Origin: Mobula hypostoma
Taxonomy: Eukaryota
Assembly (NCBI RefSeq): GCF_963921235.1
Contig: NC_086097.1
Span: 44,642,001 to 44,706,000 of the forward strand
Direction: 5' to 3'
DNA length: 64,000 nucleotides
A program made the position numbers and the translations under genes. Within the stretch, counting starts at the first letter, position 1. Each line of letters starts with the position of its first letter. Below are positions 14,301 through 24,620 of the stretch, one piece after another. The notes below the pieces were generated by a model. That model was not told where the DNA came from and searched no databases. It saw only the letters and a list, made by a program, of their open reading frames with translations.

Positions 14301-15382
14301 AGGACCTTTGCAATGCAAAATTTTTCACAGTACCTCAGTTCAAGTAAGCATAATAAACCAATTACCATTAATGCACAAAAATAAGTACCAAACTAAATTA
14401 CACTAAATTATTCTAAAGTCAATTAGACAGGGAATTCAAAAGCTGCAAGCTAAAAGAAAGGCCACACCCCTTACATTTTCAATGCAAATAGTATCACCAA
14501 CTCTCCATTATTAACTGTCAACATCTTACGGCCACAACTGACTAGAAATCCAATAAACTAGCAGGACAGGATGGATGCTTTCTGTTTTACCAAAAAAATT
14601 AACTTTCTGAAGGCATAGCTATTCGGGTAGATATATCGGCAGCAGTTCAATATCAAGTCTGTAACATTAAGTCTTGAAGCTTTGCTTTGTTTTAAATGTC
14701 ACAGATACTAAGTTTAAGTGTCAAACAAAAGTGTTCACAAATGATTAGTAGCAGTCACTAGTTAACCTGAAGTTTGCTCACAATGATGTTATGGACTTTT
14801 TTCCCCCCTACACTGCCTGACTGAATTATTTCCATCATTTTCTTTCAGGTTTCCAAAATCTACAATTTTTTTTTGTTTTTCATTTCCCTATATCTGAATT
14901 TGGTTGCAAACAAATGCCAGTTCTAGGAAGAATGTCTGGTATTTAATAACAGATGTCATCAAATATGCAGGGTAATCAATCACATGAAAAAGTTCAGACT
15001 CCAAATCAGGAATTAAAATGCACAATTTTTTTTATTTCAAACATTTTTAAGTGCAAAATTATCTGTACACTGGTTGGAGGTACAATAGGAAATAATATTC
15101 TTAAATTTATCACTAAAAGGAAACTAGGCCAAAATATAAAGCATTTCCTTTTGGCCAACCAAGCTGGTGAGAATGCCAAACTTGCAGACTCAAATGCACC
15201 AATCTTTCATTTACAAGGTATTTAGTGAAGCGTTAGGTTGTCGTTAACTCACTCGTTTTGGAGAACATGATGCTACAGAAGGTTGCAAAAGCACCATTTT
15301 GGATTTTTTCAACTCTAAGCACTTCAAATTATTGTAATTCTGGCATTGTAATTAAAGTGAGAAAACCATTCTAGCAATTGCT

Positions 15383-15598
15383 AACATGAGGAAATCTGCA
15401 AATGCTGGAATTTCAAGCAACACACATAAAAATTGCTGGTGAACGCAGCAGGCCAGGCAGCATCTATAGGAAGAGGTACAGTCGCTGTTTCGAGCCGAGA
15501 TCCTTCGTCAGGTCTCGACATAGGGTCTCAGCCCGAAACGTCGACTGTACTTCTTCCTATAGATGCTGCCTTCACCAGCAATTTTTATGTGTGTTGCT
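15383..15598. mobile_element. Palindromic Penelope-derived element with 12-bp flanking direct repeat
   Basis: Arms gcaacacacataaaaattgctggtgaa / ttcaccagcaatttttatgtgtgttgc; CTAGCAATTGCT at 15371-15382 and 15597-15608. Confidence 0.8.
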
Positions 15599-15949
15599 AG
15601 CAATTGCTGTAGCTACAAATCAACACCACTCATCAAAATTGAAGCTTCAGCAAATTTAATAAAACAGACTATCCTTACAGGATCTCCAAGCCCTACAATC
15701 TACACCACTATGGGAGATCTAAGTGACTTTCCATAACATGAAGCCATGTCAAGTTGAAAAAAAATGTTTTGCCGTCAAATTCCATTAAGAGCAAATTCCA
15801 TTGCCTGAACAGCCATAAGCCTGTACCTTCCTGTAGCAACAAAATTAAATGCACACCTCTCTCACATTCTGAACTAAAACAATACCTATGTAAACAAGTA
15901 TTCAGTTCATTGCATCAGTATTGCCAGCTAAATGTTTCACCTTTATAAC

Positions 15950-16285
15950 TCATCATTATGTGCAGTGTCATATGAGGTAGGCGATCACAGTCTTTTGACT
16001 AGATTGTTCTTGCGAAATTTTTCTCCAGAAGTGGTTTGCTATTGCTTTCTTCTGGGCAGTGTCTTTACAAGATGGGTGACTCCAGCCATTATCAATACCT
16101 TTCAGAGATTGCATGGCGTCAGTGGTCACTTAACTAGGACCTTGTGATTATGCACCAGCTGCTCCCTCTTCGCTGTGCATTTTATCACCAATTCTGGTAC
16201 ACCTTGTCCAAGAGTGACCTGCAGGCTAGCTAGCAGAGGGAAGGAGTTCCTTACATCTCCTTTAGTAAAGACACATCTCCACCCT
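15950..16285 (-). mobile_element. SINE-like element with RTE-type tail
   Basis: Reverse strand has agaagaaagcaatagcaaaccacttct (RTE/BovA-like motif) and ends in an ATGATGA tail. Confidence 0.5.
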
Positions 16286-17126
16286 TGCAGCTAGCTACCA
16301 CAGAATACCGTGCAATCATGTTATGGTAGAACTGAGTTTCTTGAAAACAGTTTGCGTCACAACTTTTCATAATACAACTACTCCCTGCCACCACTGATTC
16401 CATGCTGTAAGTGAAGGTGCACTGATAGGATGTTTTTCATTCAACAGTAATGTCCTCATGGTTAGCACTCACAAGTACACAGGCAAGGGAATTATAATTG
16501 TTTTAATAACAAGAAACAGATGTCACATTGTAGAAATATCAATAAAAGAGATTGCCTTGTCAGTTTCCAAAGTCTTCCACTTTGAACTAGCAGTCTGCAA
16601 CTGTTATCCTTGGTGAACGAGTTCAGTATTCTTTTTGAAATAATGTATTTTTTGAAAATTTTCAGGAGTGAATTTTTATTTCCCATCTCAATTTTTTTTG
16701 TTAGTGATCTGAACTCCTACATCTTAATGCAGAAGCACATTGTATTAACAATTATTTATTCAACATAACTGCACTGAATATGGAAATTTACACAAATGGT
16801 TTAGGTTGCAAATCTGCAATTAATAGCAAGAATTTTTTTTTATATAACTGCATACTTTTGGGGCAGAATCAGAACCAGTCAACTTGACTTTGGCAAGTAA
16901 ACACTAGAAAAATACAAAACGGAGTGATACTACCGTGCAGAAATTACAGTTCTAAAAATACTTTTGGATCAACGATTAAACTGTACCAATGGACATTATA
17001 AGTCAGAGCACTATCGCACAGAAACACGTCATTCAGCTCATCCAGCTTACACCAACCAAATCATCTAACTAGTCCCATCTTCCTCCAAACCCATCCTATC
17101 TCTGAACTTCTCTTAAAAATCCTCCC

Positions 17127-17799
17127 GGGAGGGGGGAGAAGATGGCGGCACAATGACAGTGCGCACGGCCACTTCGGTGATGAATATCTGTTACTGTCAA
17201 GTAGGGGATCGTGCACAATCCTGATTTGATGGAGACAGAGGTGAAAGCACAGCGGAACATCTGGAAAACTTCTGAAATGTCTGCTTTGCTACCGCTGCTA
17301 CTGTGTCATAACCGGAATCTCCGGAACTGAAGGCCCCGAAATCCTCGGCTTTGCATGTTTCAGCGGCCCAGGAGAGGTCGAAGGCGCTCGGCAGAGGATG
17401 GCACTCAGGAGGCTGTATCGGAGAGGCTGCTCAGAGTTTTCAGACAGATGGGCTCAGGGTCAGTTGCTTCCACGGTATCGGCAAGTTGACGGTGCCTGGA
17501 GGTTTATGGCAGGGAGTTTCTCCCCTTTGCCGCCTGCTATCGGGGACTTGGGAGTTGATCGACTCAGGACTTTGAGACTTTTTTTACTGTGCCTATGGTC
17601 TGTTCTTTATCAAATTACGGTATTGCTTTGCACTGCTGTAACTATATGTTATAATTATGTGGTTCTGTCAGTGTTAGTCTTTGGTCTGTCTTGTTTTCTG
17701 TGATATCACTCCAAAGAAACATTGTATCATTTCTTAATGCGTGTATGCATTTCTAAATGACAATAAAAGAGGACTGAGTGTTCTCATAATCTAATCTAA
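17127..17799 (+). mobile_element. About 670-bp non-coding retroposon-like element nested in a reverse CR1 fragment
   Basis: CpG-rich 5' part starting GGGAGGGGGGAGAAGATGGCGGC; (TAATC)n tail; its 3' end recurs at 50871-50950. Confidence 0.65.
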
Positions 17800-18299
17800 A
17801 AGAAATTACGATTGAACTTGCACTGGCACTTCCATTGGCAGCTCGCTGCACACTTATGACGTTGTGTGAAGTTCCCCTTCAATATTTCACCTTAAACCTA
17901 TAAGCTCACAACACGAGGGGAAAAGCCTGAATGCATTCACCTTATCTATAATCTTCATAATTGCATATACACCTCTAGAAGATTTCCCCTCACTATACTG
18001 CACTCCAGGAAATAAAGTCAAAACCTATTCAATCTTACTTTAAACTCAGTCCTGGTAACATCCTTGTATATGTTCCCTGCACTCTCTCAAGCTTATTGAC
18101 ATCTTTCCTGTAGGTAGGTGATCTGAATTACACACAATACTCTAAATCTGGCCTCCCAAATTTATTATACCACTTTAATATTATATCACAATGTCTTGAT
18201 GTGCAATGTGTCCAATGCTCTCCTTCAACCCTACCTGTGATGCCACTTTCAAGGAATTATGAACCTGTATTCCCAGATCCTTTTATTCCACTGCACACC

Positions 18300-19225
18300 T
18301 CACAGGCCCATCTTCGGCTGCTTCATCAATGACCTTCCTTCTGTCATAAGGTCAGAAGTGGGGATCACTGCACAATGTTCTGCACTATTCACAACTCCTC
18401 AGATAGTGAAGCAGTTCATACCCAAATACAGCAGGACTTGGAGAATATCCAGGCTTGGGCTGACAAGTATAACATACAAGCCACGCAATGACCATCTCCA
18501 ACAGGAGAGGCTTTAACCGTTGTCTCTTGACATTCAGTGGCATCACCATCACACAATCCCCTACTATCAACATCCTGGGAGTTACCATTGACAGGAAACT
18601 GAACTGGTCTAGCCATATAAACACCATGGCTACCAGAGCAGGTCAAAGGCTAGGAATCCTGTGGCATGTAACTCACCTCCTGACTCCCCAAAGCCCGTCC
18701 ACTATCTACAAGGCTCAGATCAGGAGTGTAATAGAATACTTGCCACTCACCTGGATGAGTGCACCTCCATCAACACTCAAGCAGCTTGACACTGTCTAGT
18801 ACAAGGCAGCCCACTTGATTGGTACCCCTTCCACAAGCACTCAATCCCTTCACCATTGATGAACAGTGGCAGTGGTGTGTACTATCTACAAGATGCACTG
18901 CAACAACACACCGAAGTTCCCAAGGCAACACCTTCTACGACCACTACCACCTAGAAGGACAAGAACAGCAGATACCTGGGAACACCACCTCCTGGAAATT
19001 CCCCTGCAAATCACTCACTGTCCTGTCTTGGAAACTTATCACCGTTCCATTGTTGCTGGGTCAAAATCATGGAATTCCCTCCCTAACACCACTGTGGGTA
19101 TACCTGCACCGCAGGGACTGCAGCAGTTCAAGCAAGCAGCTTATTACCACCTTCAAGGGCAACTAGGGAGGGGCAATAAATGCTGGCTTAGCTGGTGGTG
19201 CCCACATCCCATAAATGAATTAAAA
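18300..19225 (+). mobile_element. CR1/L2-group LINE 3' fragment
   Basis: INDLPS, ILGVTIDRKLNWSSHI, IYKAQIRSVIEY, WNSLP; similar pieces at 40150-40690 (+), 47610-48000 (-) and 49830-50250 (-). Confidence 0.75.
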
Positions 19226-19479
19226 AATACTGTGTACATCTTCCCCTCATTTACTCCCCCCCCAACAAATGCAACACCTCACACTTGTCTGCATTAAATT
19301 CCATCTACACTTTTTAAGCAGTTTTTCTGGGTGGTGAAGATCACACTACAAGCTTCAATAGCCTTTCCAACTGTCCACCAATGCCCCCAAACTCAGATCC
19401 CTAGAGTACACTACTAATCAAACATCTCTAGTCAGAGAGACAACCCTCTACCTCACCATCTGGCTTCTCCTACAAATCA

Positions 19480-21090
19480 ACTCCTGCCCAAGAAGTGATT
19501 TGGACTCACTCTAATTTGCCTACTGGAGCAAAAGGTCCACAGCAGATATATTTCATTTGCCCTTCACTCAACCCTGGAACATCTGGATGGCCAAGGTGCA
19601 TATATCAGAATGCCCTTATCAACTACAGTTCGACATTCAATACCATCATCTCAAAACTAATCATTAAGCTTCAAGACCTTGGCCTCAAAACATCCTTATA
19701 CAATCGGACACACATCAAAGTTGCTGGTGAACGCAGCAGGCCAGGCAGCATCTATAGGAAGAGGCGCAGTCGACGTTTCAGGCCGAGACCCTTCACCAGC
19801 AACTTTGATGTGTGTTGCTTGAATTTTCAGCATCTGCAGAATTCCTGTTGTTATACAATCGGATCCTCAATTTCCTCTCTCTTGCAAACCCCAGTCAGTT
19901 CGGATTGGCAACATCTCCTCCACGGTGTCCATCAGCACAGGCGCACCATAAGGTAGTGTGTTTACTCCCCTGCTCTACTCACTTTACACTTCTGACTGTG
20001 GTTAAACACAGCTCCAATGCCACATTCAAGCTTGCTGATGACACCACTGTCGAAGCCCAAATCAAAGATGGTGATAAATCAGCACACAGGAGGGAGACTG
20101 AAAATCTGGCTAAGTGGTGTGATCACAAGAACCACTTAATGTCAGCAAGACAAAGAAGCTGACATTATCTGATTTCAGGAGGAGGATCCAGAGGTCCATG
20201 AGCCAGTCCTCATTGGAGGATCAGATGTTGAGCAGGTCAGCAACTTTAAATTCCCCAGTATTATTATTTCGGAGGAAGCCCAGCACACAAATGCAATTAT
20301 GAAGAAAGCATGGCACATCTTTATTTCCTTTGGAGTCTTAGATTCAGCATGACACCTAGAACTTCCATAGATGTGCAGTGGTGAGGATATTGCAAGCTGC
20401 ATCACAGCCTAGCATGGAAACACCAGTGCCTGTGAACAGAACAATCCTACAAAAAAAAGTGGATATGGCCCAGTCCATCACAGGTAAAGCCCTCCCTACC
20501 ACTGAGCATATTTGCATGAGCATAATCATCAGCAACACCGAGCAATACCTGCACTGACATACTTAATTTATGTGATTTTTACATTTGCCATCAAGTCCAG
20601 TATGTCACCAATAGATGCTGAAGCAGCTTGGTTAAAGTCATTAACCCATGCTTTTTCAAGAAATCATTTTGTATTAATATACAAGAAACATCTTGAAGCT
20701 GCCCATCACGACTTATTTCAAGTTGATTAGATTCGTTCCTCATCACCAGTGTACTGAGTAACACTGAGGGTATGCTCGCTTCTTGCTGCGGCCATCAGGA
20801 AGGTAGTAGAGGAGCCTCGGGATTCCCACCACCAGGTTCAGGAACAGTTATTTACCCCTCAACCATCAGGCTCTTGAATCAAAGGGGATAACTTCACTCA
20901 CTCCATCACTGAAATGTTTCCACAACCTATGGACTAACTTTGACATTTTATCCCACGTTGTTGATATTTATTACTTACATTTTATTACTATTTCTTTCCT
21001 TTTGTATTCAGTCTGTTGACTTTTGCACACTAGTCAAATACCCAAGTTGACAGTCTTTCATTGATTTTATTATGGATATTATTCTATGAT
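19480..21090 (+). mobile_element. Rex1/Babar-like LINE fragment with two nested inserts
   Basis: INYSSTFNTII, KLADDTTV, (ACTTTGA) tail; interrupted at 19709-19850 and about 20520-20770. Confidence 0.75.
19709..19850. mobile_element. Penelope-derived partly palindromic insert with 13-bp TSD
   Basis: TTATACAATCGGA at 19696-19708 and 19851-19863; arms cacacatcaaagttgctggtgaa / ttcaccagcaactttgatgtgtg. Confidence 0.8.
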
Positions 21091-21873
21091 AGATTTAGAG
21101 TGTGCCTGCAAGAAAAAAGATCTCAGGGTGACTTATGTACTTTGAACTTTGTGTTCATAGATGTTCAGAAATCTGGAGGGGAAGGAGCTGTTTCCAAAAC
21201 ATTGAGTGTGCATTCTCAGGCTCCTATAACCCCTCCCTGACTGCAGCAAGAGGACATAATGTTCAAGATGGTGAGGGTCCTAAATAATGGCACATTTTTA
21301 ATATGTTCTCAATGTTGGGGAAGCTAGTGCCCATGATGGAGCTGGTTGAGTCTACAACACTCTGCAGTTTTTTTTCTGATCCTGCCCATGTGGTGAATTG
21401 TGGTGAACTATCAGAAGAAAATTTACAATGACCTTCAAGTGAGGATGGTGCCAAATCAAAATACTTCAATGGTTTAGTTATTCAGAATTAAGAACGGGTG
21501 AACATAAAATAATACTACCTGCCGGTGAAACTACAATGTTTTGAGCACTGCTTGAAAATACAAGCAGTATTAAAAGACTGGAGGATCGCAAAACTACTTC
21601 ACTGATGATGAGGAACAAAAAGTCGTGATGGTCAGCGTCAAGATGTTTCTTATATATTAATACAAAATGATTTCTCGAAAAAGCATGGGTTTCAGCACCT
21701 AGTGGTGACATACTAGACTTGATGGCAAAAGTAAAAATCACGTAAGTATGTCAGTGCAGACCTTAAACTATCTAAGAGGAAGTCAGATGGATGTGGTGAG
21801 CTATCTGAGGGAAATCTACAGTAGTGTTCATTTGAAGTTGGCAAGACCAAAATACTTTCATCGCTTTAAATTA

Positions 21874-23469
21874 CAAACCCCATTTCCAGAAAAGTTGGGA
21901 TATTTTCCAAAATGCAATAAACAAAAATCTGTGATATGTTAATTCACGTGAACCTTTATTTAACTGACAAAAGTACAAAGAAAAGATTTTCAGTAGTTTT
22001 ACTGACCAACTTAATTGTATTTTGTAAACATACACAAATTTAGAATTTGATGGCTGCAACACACTCAACAAAAGTTGGGACAGAGTTAAAATAAGATTGA
22101 AAAGTGCACAAAATATTCAAGTAACACCAGTTTGGAAGACTCCACCTTAAGCAGGCTAATTGGTAGCAGGTGAAGTATCATGACTGGGTATAAAAGTAGC
22201 GTCCAAAGGCTCAGTCTTTGCAAGCAAGGATGGGTCGTGGCTCACCCCTTTGTGCCAAAATTTGAAAGAGAATTGTTAGTCAGTTCAAAAGGAACATTTC
22301 TCAACGCAAGATTGCAGAGAATTTAGGTCTTTCAACATCTACAGTACATAATATTGTGAAAAGATTCAGAGAATTCAGAGACATCTCAGTGTGTAAAGGG
22401 CAAGGTCGGAAACCACTGTTGAATGCGCATGATCTTCGAGCCCTCAGGCGGCACTGCCTAAGAAACTGTCATGCTACTGTGAGAATTGTAGCCACCTGGG
22501 CTCGGGAGTACTTCGAAAAACCATTGTCACTCAACACAGTCCATATCTGCACCCAGAAGTGCAACTTGAAACTGTATTACGCAAGGAGGAAGCCGGACAT
22601 CAACTCTATGCAGAAACGCCGGCCAGTTCTCTGGGCCTGAGCTCATCTCAGATGGACCAAAAGACTGTGGAACTATGTGCTGTGGTCAGGTGAGTCCACA
22701 TTTCAGCTAGTTTTCGGAAAAAACGGGCGTTGAGTTCTCCGTGCCAAAGATGAAAACGACCATCCAGATTGTTATCAGCAAAAGGTGCAAAAGCCAGCAT
22801 CTGTTTGGGTATGAAGGTGCATCAGTGCCCACAGCATGGGTGAGTTGCATGTATGTGAAGGTACCATTGACTCTGAGGCGTATATTGGGATTTTAGAGAG
22901 ACATATGTTGCCATCAAGGCGACATCTCTTCCCGGGACGTCCATGCTTATTTCAGGACAATGCCAGATCACATTCTGCACGGGCTACAACAGCGTGACTT
23001 TGTAGAGACAGAGTGCATGTGCTTGACTGGCCTGCTGCCAGTCCAGATCTACCTCCTATTGGAAATGTATGGCGCATCATGAAGAGGAGAATCAGACAAC
23101 AGAGACCACAGACTGTTGAGCAGCTGAAGTCTTATATTAAGCAAGAATGGACAAAGTTTCCAATTGCAAGTCTACTACAATTAGTATCCTCAGTTCCAAA
23201 ATGATTAAAAAGTGTTACTAAAAGGAAAGGTGATGTAACACAATGGTAAACATGCCTCTGTCCCAACTTTTGTTGAGTGTGTTGCAGCCATCAAATTCTA
23301 AATTTGTGTATGTTTACCAAATACAATTAAGTTGGTCAGTAAAACTATTGAAAATCTTTTCTTTGTAGTTTTGTCAGTTAAATAAAGGTTCACGTGAATT
23401 AACATATCACAGATTTTTGTTTTTATTGCATTTTGGAAAATACCCCAACTTTTCTGGAAATGGGGTTTG
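21874..23469 (+). mobile_element. Full-length Tc1 transposon (IR/DR type), inactive
   Basis: TA on both sides (21872-73, 23470-71); about 210-bp inverted repeats beginning CAAACCCCATTTCCAGAAAAGTTGGG with an internal direct repeat; 1596 bp. Confidence 0.95.
22230..23249 (+). pseudogene. Tc1 transposase pseudogene
   Basis: MGRGSPL...GRKPLL...FQDNARSH...WPAASPDLPPIGNVW...KGDVTQW-TAA; several in-frame TGA stops; first Asp and the Glu of the triad appear changed to Gly (WSGE, PIGN). Confidence 0.9.
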
Positions 23470-23789
23470 TAAGAATGCAGGATCATAAAGGATGGATCAT
23501 GTTAACTTTTGCTGCCACAGATGTAAAAACCTCTAAGCCTATTTTGCTATTCAACCCCTTATGGAGGACAGTGGCAGTGTTCAAATTAGTAACTTTCCAA
23601 CACAATGCTGCAGAAACTGTCGTTGAATCATGCATCATTACATTGTTCATTTTAGTGTGGGATAAAGATTTAACCACTTTCAAATCCATATTGATTCAGG
23701 ACTGTAGAATTCCATTCCAAATAGTTACAGGAAGTGGGGACAGGCTCAGCACCACCTGTCCCATCATCTGAAAGTGATCTGCCAGTTTT

Positions 23790-24620
23790 CACCAACTTCA
23801 TCAAGACCTGTGTGGATTGAGTGCATGCCTTTGAGAGCATAACCAAATCAAAAGCTGCGGATTAACCATGAGATTCACAGTCTGCTGACTGCTACATCTG
23901 TGGAATTCAAAACCAGAGACCCAGAATTTTAAAGTACTGTAATCCAGGTATGATCTGTACAGAAAGAGTGAGAAAGCAATCCCAAGTGAAGTTAGAGAGG
24001 GAATCGGATGCACAGCAGCTCTGGCAGGGTTTGCAAGCCATTACCTCCTATGAGGCAAAACCCAACATCATCAATGGCCATGATGCTTTACTCCTAGGTG
24101 AGCTCATTGCCTTTTGTACATGCGTTGAAAAGGAGAATAAAAACAAAACCAATGCAATTCCCTGCAGCATCTGGCAATTATCATATCTGCCTCAGAGACT
24201 GGTGCCAGGACCTGATGATATACCTGATAGGGCACTGAAAACCTATGCCAACAAACTGGCATGTTCAAGGACATCTTCAAATTTTCTACTGCAGTCAGGT
24301 TCCACCTGCTTCAAAAGAGCATTAATTACACTAGTGTTACAAAACAGCCATAATCATTGCCCATTTGCACTTGCATCTACTGTGATAAAATGCTTTTGAG
24401 AGGTGGGTCATAGCTAGAATCAGTTCTTGCCTAGACAACTTGCAATCACACCAGCTCGCCTCTTGGCCTTGGAACAACTTGAAAACAGCAATACCTACAT
24501 CAGGCTGCTGTTAATTGATTACAGCACAGCACTCAACACCATGATCCCCTCAGTAAGTTTCAAAATCTGGGCCTCTGTACCTTCCTCATCAGAAAACCAG
24601 GCAGGACAGATCAAAAATAA
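23790..24620 (+). mobile_element. Rex1/Babar-like LINE fragment
   Basis: QLWQGLQAITSY, PGPDDIPDRALK, ALASTVIKCF, RLLLIDYSTALNTMIP. Confidence 0.75.

Noticed and set aside
19765..19800. Hammerhead in YY1 sense orientation in the 19709 insert
   Set aside because: Core reads CTGGTGA rather than CTGANGA and the 5' strand of stem I is lost, so it is not counted as intact
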